DNA of 64,000 bases from Octopus sinensis (lineage: Eukaryota): contig NC_043021.1 in NCBI RefSeq assembly GCF_006345805.1, positions 2,294,001 through 2,358,000 of the forward strand, written 5' to 3'. Both the position numbers and the translations under genes were made by a program. The notes below the pieces were generated by a model. It worked only from the letters and a program-made list of their open reading frames with translations. It did not search any database and was not told the DNA's origin. Shown here one piece after another: positions 1 through 11,790 of this stretch (its first letter is position 1; every line of letters starts with the position of its first letter).

Positions 1-2645
1 TGGGTCACCCACTTTATGCTGTGTTGTTTTTTTTCGTTTTTTTTTCTACACATTATAGACTCAGGTATGGCTCTCTGATAGAAAATTTGCTTTCCAACCA
101 CATGGTCATGATGGACTGGAGACTGGACTATTTAGACGTGGCCATGTGGATGTGACTGTGGAAATATTCAGCTAACATGTGGCCATTTTGGCCTTTGATC
201 ATGCTGACCCATGGCCAGGAGCTTTTGCAACCATGACCATCCCAATATATAGGAGTGGCTAAGACCATATTATCTCAATGTGTCCTTCCTTTTTTCATGT
301 ATGATATGGGGAGGGGAGATTTTTGGTGGTTGTTTCAAGCAAGTTTGAGTGACCCAGGCTGGTTGGATGGAGAGGCTTCACTGTCACTTTTGTCGGCATC
401 TTGTTGTTCTCGTTGTTGTTGCTTTTGAGAGAGAGAGAGAGAGAGGGCGGAGGAAGGGAGGGAGAGAATGTAACACAATTGGTAAAGATTTGTCACTGAT
501 TAGTTCAGAGGATAATTTAACACCCGCCGCCACCGCTACCACTCCGCAGCCGTCACCCTCATCTCCTGCCTGGCTCCTTTCTCGGCAGGGGGCAAGGCAG
601 TGGCAGGGGAAACTTGAATAGCTATTTGTTCTCTCCCCGGGGAGTTTACAAGGGAGCCCTTTCCTCACGCCCTCCTCCACCACCATAAAAATATTACCTT
701 TCTGGGGCTCCCCTCCCCCTCCAGCTACACCTGTGAGGAAACCAGCTGATTTCATTAGTCAGCTACTTTTCAATGTTGGGTGGGGGTCGGGCTGATAGGG
801 CGGCGTTTGGGGTGGGGGAGCTAGGCAGGCAGTGTATTAGTTCACAAAGTGTAAAGACCTGTTTGTTCAAGTGTTACGTGCACAAATATACGAGCATGTG
901 CTAAATGCAGATGCACACACGCATGCAGTGCGTGTGTGCATTCACATGTGTACACACGCACACATTTAGATGTACATGCATATGCACATATATGTGCATA
1001 CACATGGGTTCACATGTACAGATAGTGCATATGCATGCATAAAATATGCACACATGGAAATGGAAACATTCTTTCTTTCTCTCTCCTCCATTCATTCATT
1101 TGCACTCTCACTTATTCTGTCATTCACCCTCATTCACACACACTCATTCACCCTCATTCACACACACTCATTCACCAATGTGCATACAGACACACACACA
1201 TACACAGATATGCATTCACACACTGATGTGCACACACACACACATTCACTAATGTACATACAGACACACACATTCACTTGATGTGTATACACACACACAG
1301 ATGTGCATACACTTATTCACTGATGTGCACGCCTGCACACACACACTCTCACTCATTCATGCATACAGATCCGCTCTTGTATTCTTGACATTCTGAGTTC
1401 AGATTCCTGCTTCAACTGTCAGTTTCTTTGTGGTGGTGGTGGGACAGTGAGACCTTGGGGTTGGTAACCTTTCCATGTCGGGTACCATGACACAGTCACT
1501 GCAACATATATAAATTGGGGGATCTTGCAGGAAGCAGGATAAATGTTAGAACAGATGACGGACCAATCTGTCATTTTTAGATTGTCTCATCGTCATCATT
1601 TTCGTGTCCACTTTTCCAAACTCACTTGGGTCGGGTGGAATTTTGTTGAGGCAGATTTTCTACAGCCCGATGCCCTTCCTGTCGCCAACGCTTATCTGTT
1701 TCCACAAAAGATAGAGATTGAAGGACACTACAAGCGTTTCCAACTATCACACAATGCAAAGGCAAGGGGTCAGTAAAACACACACACACACACACACACA
1801 TTTGCACGGATGCACACATTCATACACACTCACACACAACCACATTTGCAAGCACATGCGCATGCACACACAAACACACAATAGGCTTCTTTCAGTTTCT
1901 GTCTACTAAATCCATTTGCAAGGCTTTGGTAAGCCATGGGTCTTTTGCAGAAGACACTTGCCCCAAGCTACCATGCAGTGAACTGAACCTGGATCCATGT
2001 GGTTGGGAAGTAAACTGCTTACCACACACCCATGCCTGCCCTACGATAAAAATATTTGTTTTAGTTCAAATAATTTTGGAAAGGACTAAAACAAATCGGG
2101 GTTATGAAGAAAGCAGAATTTTTCTGACAACTCAATGCCTGGTCTTGAGTTGGAATTGAACTCCAGACCTTTACTTTTGAATATTACTACCCTTAATTTA
2201 TAAACAGATGCTCCCTGTAGAAATCCAGCCTAGAATTTCATAAAGATCCAGGAAGAAAACCTCTTGAAAGGTTCAGTTGGACAAATCGACCCAGCCTGGT
2301 GCTTATTCTATTGGTCTCTTTTTGTTGAGCCACTAAGTTACGGGGACAGGAAAAACAAAACACCGGTTGTCAAGCACACACATACATGTGTGTGTGTGTG
2401 TGTATGTATATATATATTCTTTTGTTCTTGTCTCAGTCATTTGACTGTGGCCATGCTGGAGCACCACCTTGAAGGGTTTTTAGTCAAATAAATCAACCCC
2501 GGGACTTATTTTTTTAAGCCTGGTACTTATTCTATCAATCTCTTTTGCTGAACCACTAAATTATGGGGAGGTAAACACACCAACCCCAGTTGTCAAGTGG
2601 TGGCAGGAGACAAACACAAAGACATATATACATATATATATATAT

Positions 2646-2966
2646 GTGAGGGCGCGTGGCTTAGTGGTTAGGGCATTCGGCTCATGATCGTAAGGTTGTG
2701 AGTTCGATTCCCGGCGACGCGTTGTGTCCTTGAGCAAGACACTTTATTTCACGTTGCTCCAGTCCACTCAGCTGGCAAAAATGAGTTGTACTTGTATTTC
2801 AAAGGGTCAGCCTTGTCACTCTCTGTGTCACGCTGATTATCCCCGAGAACTACGTTAAGGGTACACGTGTCTGTGGAATGCTCAGCCATTTGCACGTTAA
2901 TTTCACGAGCAAGCTGTTCCGTTGATCGTATCAGCTGGGACCCTCGTCGTCGTAACCGGCGGAGTC
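2646..2966 (+). mobile_element. tRNA-derived SINE, head A + CORE-like segment + tail T1
   Basis: A/B-box head (TAGTGGTTAGG..GTTCGATTCC), gtgtccttgagcaagacact segment, 3' part shared with the copy at 56895. Confidence 0.8.
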
Positions 2967-2968
2967 TT

Positions 2969-3011
<43 letters not shown>

Positions 3012-4590
3012 ATGGTCTTTCAGTTTCTGTCTACCAAACCCACTCATAAGGCTTTGGTTGGCCTGAGGCTATAGAAGACACTTGCCCAAGGTGCTGGGCA
3101 GTGGGGCTGGAGCAAGCTTTCTACCACATGAGCTTCTTTCAATTTCTGTCTACTAATTCCACCCAGAAGGCTTTAGTCCATCTGAGACTATAGTAGAAGA
3201 CACCAAAGGTGCCACACAGCGGCACTGGACCCAACCACCATGTTGTCTTTTTAGGGCCTTGAATAAGGAGGGAATGGAAAAGACAATGGGAAGTGATTTT
3301 GAAGGCATTCAGGCTGCTATGTCTAGCAGGTTGATTGACTTGACCGTGTAGCATTCGTTATTTAAAACCAGGTCTAACCCACCAGCGAGCACTTGATTGG
3401 TCAACCAGTCCGGAACACTTTGTATAAAGATCCGTGTTACCCTGTGTTTCAGGCTCTTCTAAACGGATCGTCGTTTCCTGTTTCACTGTAATCTGGATCG
3501 GCACTTAACACAAGTGGAGGAACTAACAATGTTAAGCCTTTGGCCAACTTTTCACCGATCCTGCCTGAGACCAACCCTCCAGATTTCAAAGTATTTCGTC
3601 TCGGATCAAATGTTTGTTTGTTTGTATTGTTTTGTATTAATCCTGCTTAATCTCATAGCTTCGAAATTTCAATGATGTGATTACTCTTTTACTTGTTTCA
3701 GTCATTTGACTGTGGCCATGCTGGAGCACTGCCTTTAGTCAAGCAAATCGACCCCAGGACTTATTCTTTGTAAGCCTAGTACTTATTCTATCGGTCTCTT
3801 TTACCAAACCGCTAAGTTACGGGGATGTATGGGCTGGGGCAGGGCAAACACAGACACACAAACATATATATATTTATATATATATATATATATAATATAT
3901 ATATATATACACACACACGAAGGGCTTCTTTCAGTTTCCGTCTACCAAATCCACTCACAAGGCTTTGGTCAGCCCAAGACTATAGTATCTATCTGCGCAA
4001 CCATTTATTTCATTCCGTTAAGGGTTCTGGTGTGATTGATTAACAGACAAGTTTGACTCCTTGACAGTGGGGGTGCATTTTGAACCAGAGAACGACAACA
4101 AACTCCAGGGATTACATCGTCTTGAAGCTGGTGTAGTTTTTAGTTTGAGGGAAATTTGACTGGTATTTTTAGCAAGCTAAGCGGCCCTTGTACATGCACA
4201 GTCCTATACACTGAATGAGACCTTGTGCCAGTGTGGAATGGTAGATAACAGAATTGGAACGTCAGAGAGATCTTGCCGTATTTAAGACACGTTTCTTTGA
4301 GTTCCTCTCCTGCGGAGATTGACTTAGCTTTCGATATAATTCAAGGGTCAGTAAAATTGAGTAGCAGTCGGGTTGTGGCGCCATCTATTTGAGATCTGAT
4401 AGAACAGACATTCCCACACACACACCACCACCACCACCACAACAAAAATTGTTTCTGCCATGATTGCATCGTATTTTTTATATTCTACATTTACCCTATC
4501 CACATTATCCTTCCTTTTTTTAAAGACTATAGTTAGTTATTTGAGGGAGATTTGGTTGTAACTTCTTGTAAGTCACGCAACCACCTAGAC

Positions 4591-5016
4591 TAGGGGTTTT
4601 CAACCATTTATCTTTCTTTTTTTTTTACCTGTGGACCCCAATAATTATTATTCTATTCTAGTGGACCCCTATAACCGGTCGATGTTTAAAAACTAGTTTT
4701 ATAGAAACTTCTTTCTAAATTCCTATTTTGTTTTTCACATCTGGTGCAGCCTTCTGGCTTCACAGACCCCAGTTGAACCGTCCAACCCATGCTAGCATGG
4801 AAAGCGGACGTTAAACGATGATGATGATATTAACTTGTGTAGGTTGAATTATGTAAAACACCAGAGAAAGAAACCTATTTCTTTCAATACATACATCAAA
4901 AGCAAATTTTTTTTTCGGGGTGTTTTTTAAAAATACCATTGTGGACCTCCAATTCACTTTTTTGTGTAGACCCCCCCACCTTCCAATCTTAGATGGAACC
5001 TAGTTGAGAACCACTG
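4591..5016. mobile_element. hAT (Charlie-type) MITE with a nested SINE 3' fragment at about 4741-4830
   Basis: Ends TAGGGGTTTTCAACC / GTTGAGAACCACTG; flanks acctagac / atctagag resemble an 8-bp NTCTAGAN TSD. Confidence 0.7.
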
Positions 5017-5494
5017 ATCTAGAGGTTCTTTTCGGGAAATCCTTATCATTGACCATGGGGGTAGTGAAGAACGGTAAAGCCTTACATTACATATTTCCCT
5101 CAATCTTATAGAATAGTGGGTATAGGAACCTTCCTTGCACCACAGGCCAGTTTCACGCTTGACAATTTTCCAGGGACCGGGGGTTCACAGGCATAACAAA
5201 ACACGAGTGCATGATGTATAATTTATTTCATATAAAGGCAATAATACACATATATTACAAACATAATAGATTAAGTTTTAATCGATAGATATATAATGCA
5301 AAAACACTTTACATAGTGTGAGAGTTAACAAAATATGAAAATTTATTCTTTCTGTGCAGCCCAGTACCAAATGATCCACGGCCCGATGGTCGGCTGCCTC
5401 TGCTCTGTATAAGATATAGAAATCTATCTAACCATTATTAATAACTGCCCCTGAGGAAAGAAAGCTCGTAGTCAAAATGGAAAATAAACATAAT

Positions 5495-5905
5495 AGGCGC
5501 AGGCGTGGCTGTGTGGTAAGAAGCTTGCTTCCCAACCACATGGTTCTGGGTTCAGTCGCACTGCATGGCACCTTGGGCAAGTGTTTTCTGCTGTAGCCTC
5601 GGGCGATCAAAGCTTTGTGAGTGGATATGGTAGACGGGAAACTGAAAGAAGCCCATCAGATACTTGTATGTGTGTATTTATGTTTGTGTGTGTTTTTTCC
5701 ACACACCCCCATCCCACCATCGTTTGACAACCGATGTTGGTGTGTTTACATTCCTGTAACTTAGCAGTTCGGCAAAATGAGATTAAGTACTTGGTTTACA
5801 AAGAATAAGTCCTGAGGTCGATTTCTTTGACTAAAAAAACAAAACTCTTTAAGGTGGTGCTCCAAAATGGCCGCAGTCAAATGGCTGAAACAAGGAAAAG
5901 AATAG
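5495..5905 (+). mobile_element. Major microsatellite-containing SINE (family 1)
   Basis: ggcgcagg.gtggctgtgtggtaag head through to ..tgaaacaag.aaaaga tail. Confidence 0.85.
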
Positions 5906-6017
5906 AAGCACGATCTACAGTTTAAAATGGATTGAGTTTTTCCTTCTGTGACTTGGTTATAACTTGTTCTTAGTATTCCTATAAAGTCTCTCTCTGTCCG
6001 TGTATGTATATATATAT

Positions 6018-6181
6018 AGGCGCAGGAGTGGCTGTGTGGTAAGTAGCTTGCTAACCAACCACATGGTTCCGGGTTCAGTCCCACTGCGTGGCATCTTGGG
6101 CAAGTGTCTTTTGCTATAGCTCCAGGCCGACCAATGCCTTGTGAGTGGATTTGGTAGACGGAAACTGAAAGAAGCCTGTCG

Positions 6182-6216
<35 letters not shown>

Positions 6217-6420
6217 TTGTGAGTCTGTGTTTGTCCCCCTAGCATTGCTTGACAACCGATGCTGGTGTGTTTACGTCCCCGTCACTTAGCGGTTCGGCAA
6301 AAGAGGCCGATAGAATAAGTACTGGGCTTACAAAGAATAAGTCCTGGGGTCGATTTGCTCAACTAAAGGCGGTGCTCCAGCATGGCCGCAGTCAAATGAC
6401 TGAAACAAGTAAAAGAGTAA
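6018..6420 (+). mobile_element. Major microsatellite-containing SINE (family 1), near full length
   Basis: Same sequence recurs more than 15 times, whole or partial, on both strands (e.g. 1883-2041, 3686-3990, 6770-7180, 17431-17700, 54920-55200); internal (TA)n(TG)n; tail gtaaaagagtaa. Confidence 0.9.
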
Positions 6421-6462
6421 TATATTTATTATTTTAGCATTTTGTACCTTGTCTTATTTTCC

Positions 6463-6501
<39 letters not shown>

Positions 6502-8876
6502 AACAAGACAAGGTAGAAAATGCGAAAATGATTTTATTATGAGGAACATTTTGGTGCCGGTTTCAGTCTTTGTGGCTTTTTCAACTTGGAGTAAAGCATG
6601 AAAAACAACTAAAATGGGGGAAAAATTAAACGAAATGTTTTAAAAAATATTTCCATTGTTTTCAGACGCAAGGGGCATTTTCCTTTTTTTCTGTCTCTTT
6701 TTAGTCTTGTGAAGGCTTCATAGCAGACCTAAAAGAATATTTGGTGTATATATACATACATACACACGCAGACATGCATTGTCTAGCTGTGGTAAGAAGT
6801 TTGCTTCCCAACCAGAAGACTTCGGGTTCGGTCCTTAGGCGGGTGTCTTATAACTGTAGCCCCAGGCTGACCAAATCCTTAAGTGGGTTTGGTGTTGATG
6901 GAAATTGTGTCTTTGCGTATGCGTTTGTCCCCCACCACCACCACCAATGCCGCCACTTGAAAACCGGTGCTGGTTTGTTTGTCTACGTCCTCGTAATTTA
7001 GCGGTTCGGCAAAAACAACCGATAGAACACAAGTTGCCAAGCTTTAAAAAAAAAAAATTAGTACTTGAATCGATTCGTTTGTCTCAAAATAATAATTTTT
7101 AAAGAAAAAAAAGAAAACCCCCTTCAAGGTGGTGCTCCAGCGTGGCCGCAGTCCAGTGACTGAAACAAGTAAAAGATTTAAAACAAAAAAGAAATTTTCA
7201 AACGTATTGAGTTCTTCGTATAATCATTCTTAAGTCTCTTGTCTCTGTTTATATATGTGTGTGTATGCGAAGAGATAATGTGGACTGTTTATATGCCATT
7301 GTGTTAATGGTGTGTGTGTATACATACATACATACATACATACATACATACATACATACATACACACACACACATTGTAGATGTGGTGTGTGTGTGTGAT
7401 ACTTGTCTACATGTGGTTGTATCTGAATAATGGTGGTGATCGTGTATACATGTGGTTGTTGGAGCAGCAGCAGCAGCAGTAGTAGTAATAGTAATAATGC
7501 TGGATGATGGTAGTAGGTACCATGCTGGCTGTGATCTTATTACAATAGGGGGCCACATTGAGTCAGACAAATAACAATAACAACAACAATAACAATAATG
7601 GCAGTTAAGATTGTTCTCATTATGTCATACACACAACTCTCCTTCCTCTCTCCACCACCACCACATCGCTGCCACTTCACACTTACTCCCTCCCTCCCTC
7701 ACTCCTTCTTTGCTTTCTCTCCCTCCCTCACTCCTTCTCTTTCTCTCCCTCCCTCACTCCTTCTCTTTCTCTCCCTCCCTCACACCTTTCTTGCTCCCTC
7801 TCCTTTCTTTTTTTCTCTCTTCCTCCTTTACTCCTTCCTTGCTTTCCCTCTCGACCTTTTACCCATCCCCCACCTCACCACTACCACTTTACTCTCTTTT
7901 CACTCATTCGCTCCTCTCTTTCTCTCTACTTTTTTCATCACCACCACCACCACCACAACATCGTTACCACTTAACGCTCACACTTTCTTCTTCCCTTCTC
8001 TCTCTTTTTTTTCACCTCGACGACGATATCGACGACCCACCATCACCACCACTACTTTACATTCACTCCTTCCTCTCTTTCAATTTCTACCTCTTACCAC
8101 CACCACACATCGCTGGCATTTCACACTTATTCCTCTCTCTCTTTCCCACCACCGCCACTATCTTTTAACGCCGCCACCGCTCCCACTCACTGCTACGTCG
8201 CTGACACTTCACTCACTCTCACCTCTTTTATTACTCTCTACTCACTCCGCCTTCTCCCCCTCTAACACCACCACGTCGCTACCGCTTGGCTCCCATCTCC
8301 TCTCCTTCTTCCACCATCACTTCTCTGCCATGTCACACTCACCCTCATTCACTCACCACTGTCACTCCTCTTTTATTCTCTCTCACTCTCGTCTCTCTCT
8401 CTCTCTCTCACTGCTGGTTTGATGTTTAACCCTAGGCCATCTTTGTTCGAGTAGAATCAGTCTCATGAGCAGCGGTGTTCCAGGCTTGCCTACCTCGTCT
8501 AGGACTGTCCAGCATGTCCCTCCTTTTCAAAGAGACGGTGCAGGATTTGAGGAAGATTTGGTTGCTGTTTCGGGCAGGTCGAACGGCCACGTAGAGGCTC
8601 CCTCGTTAGTTTGCGGTGGTTGTGATGTTCAACCGTAAGTTAACTCTAATTCAGCAGTCGAATGAGTTCCAGCCATGACCATCACCTCGTATTTTATTAA
8701 TGCATAATACACGCTATTCTACACTATCCAATGTTTTATTTGATTTGATTTCTGCAAGACGCGGATCTTTGGCTGCTATTTCTAGTAGGTCTCCATATCT
8801 ACTTCATAGAGGCAGATCTGTGATTAAACGCATTCCTGCCGTGATCATCCCATCTTTTTTCTTTTTCATTTTTCTT

Positions 8877-9201
8877 CAGTGCTGTGTCTTAACAGCATTT
8901 TAGGCCTCCAGGCAAATCCGTACACTCGAACCCTGTAGTATTTACTTACTAACAAGCAACCTACGAACATACACATAGAACAGACTCGGGCCTCTTGGTC
9001 CGTGTGGCCACCGGGTGGATCATTGCAGTGGTGGGCCTTAAGGTATTTGACAGCTAACCACAGCAAACACAGACCACAAAGGACCCCGGCCAAATCAATG
9101 CATAGCATTTATTCATAAGGACAGTAAGCTACAGTATTAGGTAGATCCGAATTGGGCCCTCGGGGCAAGCTGCAGCTGCGCCCCTGCCTTAAGACGGCTC
9201 G
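8877..9201. mobile_element. Candidate degenerate hAT-like MITE
   Basis: Ends CAGTGCTGTGTCTTAA.. and ..TTAAGACGGCTCG resemble imperfect TIRs of the CAGGGCCGTCTTAA type; single copy here; no clear TSD. Confidence 0.4.
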
Positions 9202-10319
9202 GGGGGGAGGATGAGGTCCCCTTTTTTTTTGCAGAGAACCTCGTATCGTATATTTGCTTGTTTGTGAACGACAGTTGGGGGTGCGATTTGAGAGAGATTT
9301 GACTGGTATTTCTAGCAGGTGGAGCGACTCACTCTAGTGGTGGTGGTTGTGGTGTGAGCGGAGATGACTGTTCTCCTACCACCACCCCTCCTCCCCCTCC
9401 TCCTCCTGCCACCCCTGTTAACGTGAAAATATATTACTAACCTAAAAACCTAATTGTTCAACTGGAAAAAATGGAGTCGTTACCCTTCTTCCTTCTCTCG
9501 CTCTCTCTCTCTCTCTTTCACACACGCTCACTCTATCATTCTCTCTCTCACACGCTCTCTCTCTCTCTCTCTCTTTCTGCTGTACACGCTCTCTCTCTCT
9601 CTCTCTTTCACACATGCTCACTCTATCATTCTCTCTCACACTCTCTCTCTCTTTCTTTCCTCCTCCTCCTCCATTCATTTGTCATCCCTACCACCGCCAC
9701 TATCACCTTACATAGCTTCTCTATCTTCGTCCTCCTCCTCCTCCTCCTCCTTCAACTCTTGTCTTTCATTGTCTTTTTTTTTGTTTGTGTTTTTGTTGTT
9801 TTTTCTTTCCGCTTCCTCTTCACTCTGTCATCACCTCTCACTCTTACTCACCGATTCTCTTTCTCATTCACTCACTCACCCTCCCCCCTTCCTCCACTTC
9901 ACTTTCATTTCGTCGGTGATGGGGAAGGGGGTGGGGGCGCTGCGGGTAGGCAACGGTGGTGGTGGTGGCGAAGAATGTTTCTTTTGCTCACCCACCACCC
10001 CTCTCTCCCTTTTTCCATCCACCCTTGTTCTCTTGTTCCCCCCCTCACACGCACACATTTGTCCTTCCCCCTCTACCCCACCCGTCCACCCCAGCTTTCT
10101 CTGTCCACCTGTCAGCCTTTCTTTTGTTCACCTCTTCCTCTTGTAACCCTCTCCCGGCGGCAGCAGCAGCCCCTCCTCACCTGTCCACTTGTCACCCGTT
10201 CCACCCTCTCCTGCTGCACATTGTTTGCCGCCGCCTGCACCTTGCTCTTCTCTCTCTCTCTCTCTTTCCCATCGTTTTCCTCTTTCTCACCTGCAACTTT
10301 CACATTTGCTATTTCGCAG

Positions 10320-10445
10320 CCACCACCACCGCCACCTCCACCACCACCGTCACCTCCACCACCACCGCCACCTCCACCACCACCGCCACCTCCACCACCA
10401 CCGTCACCTCCACCACCACCGACACCTCCACCACCACCGACACCT
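10320..10445. repeat. 18-bp minisatellite CCACCACCACCG(C/T/A)CACCT x7
   Basis: Seven direct tandem units read at 10320-10445. Confidence 0.9.
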
Positions 10446-10677
10446 CACTGCCGCTAACTAAAATAAAGATTATTACATTATCGCTATTACCGTTGCTACT
10501 TCCAACACACATTCCGGCTTCTCTACGTACCCACACACCCGAGTCATTTATCACAGCGACCCCCAATTTCCTTGCTCTTGCTCCACAAACGTACCTGGGG
10601 ATCACACACATAAGAAATCACAATAAAAGTGCTTAATTTATAATATAACCATTATTACATGTGTGATACATATCTAT

Positions 10678-10988
10678 GTGGAAGCGCAATGGGCCAGCGG
10701 TTAGGGTAGCGGACTCGCAGTCGGAGGATTGCGGTTTCGATCTCCAGACTGGGCGTTGTGTGTGTTTATTGAGCAAAAACACCTAAAGCCCCACGAGGTT
10801 CTGGCAGGGGGTGATGGTGACCCCTGTTGTACTCTTTCGCCCCAACTTTCTCTCACTCTTTCTTCCTGTTTCTTGAGTAATGCTGCGATGGACTGGTGTC
10901 CCGTCCAGCTGTGGGGAGCGGGTACACATACGCCACAGAAACCGGGCCCACGAGCCTGGCTAGGCTTGAAAAGGGTGCATAAGAAGAA
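10678..10988 (+). mobile_element. tRNA-derived SINE, head B + body X + tail T2
   Basis: Head and body shared with 56895; distinct 3' part gctgcgatggactggtgtcccgtccag..cagaaaccggg. Confidence 0.75.
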
Positions 10989-11301
10989 TACATATCTATA
11001 TAATGCAGACACCCTTCAGACTGATAGTTCATAAAATTGTTCCATACTGACATGAGTCGGATGGTTTGGCAGGACCCTTTGGGTCTAAGGATGACATGGT
11101 GCTCCAGTGTCTATTTCGACATGGTCCCTAAGGCAGGATGCTCTTCCTAATGTGCCAACCATTTTACAGTGTGTACTGAGTGCTTTTTTCTTTTTCACAT
11201 TACCAGCACTAACTAGTGAGGTTGCTATGCAGTTCATAAAACTACCCCAAAACCCTGATGGAGGGTGGGGGTTGCATTCATGCAAAGAGAACAAGGGTTA
11301 A

Positions 11302-11468
11302 CCCTTTAGCATTCAGATTGCTGACAAATGTAAAGCTCACTTATTCACATTATTTTGAATTAATCCTGCATTGTCTCAAAGCATCAGGATTTTGATGTGA
11401 TTATTTATAGAATGACATTGTAGAATAGGTGTGAGAGGCTGGATCAGGCCAGTTTAAATGCAAAAGGG
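11302..11468. mobile_element. piggyBac-like MITE family A
   Basis: TTAA|CCCTTTAGCATT..AATGCAAAAGGG|TTTAA. Confidence 0.75.
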
Positions 11469-11570
11469 TTTAAGCAGCAGTTGAGAGCTGTGGCCCTCAT
11501 GCATCTTCCTGGTGGCACTTGGTCATCTTCTCTCTATAAATATAAATTTTTTTGTGAATCAACTTGTGTT

Positions 11571-11790
11571 TTACTTTTGCCAAATAGTTACACGGCAATC
11601 CTCCAAAATGGTGGCCTCCACTTTTTGGATTGTGTCAACATCAATGGCAGAATGTGATCGTCCAGGAATAGGAGCAGTTTCCACTGATGTCCGACCACAT
11701 TGGAACTGGTGATGCCAGTGCTTGACTATGTCGTATGATGGTGCTTCGTCACCATAAACTTCTTGGTTGTAAACAAGCATCACCGTTATA
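11571..11790 (-). mobile_element. mariner transposase N-terminal fragment (pseudogenised)
   Basis: VYGDEAPSYDIVKHWHHQFQCGRTSVETAPIPGRSHSAIDVDTIQKVEATILEDCRVT matches the mariner HTH region pattern VYG..A.S..TV..W..F..GR.SV.D..R.GRP. Confidence 0.85.

Noticed and set aside
59-64. 6-nt microexon-like ACTCAG between a T tract/AG and GTATGG
   Set aside because: Coincides with the decayed head of a family 1 SINE.
7598-8422. 274-aa and 185-aa ORFs
   Set aside because: Translations of a G-poor simple-repeat tract that lacks stops for compositional reasons.
9454-10636. 230-, 328- and 226-aa ORFs including a formin/extensin-like poly-Pro run
   Set aside because: Produced by (CT)n, (CCT)n and the 18-bp minisatellite; all three frames are open, with no splice or domain support.
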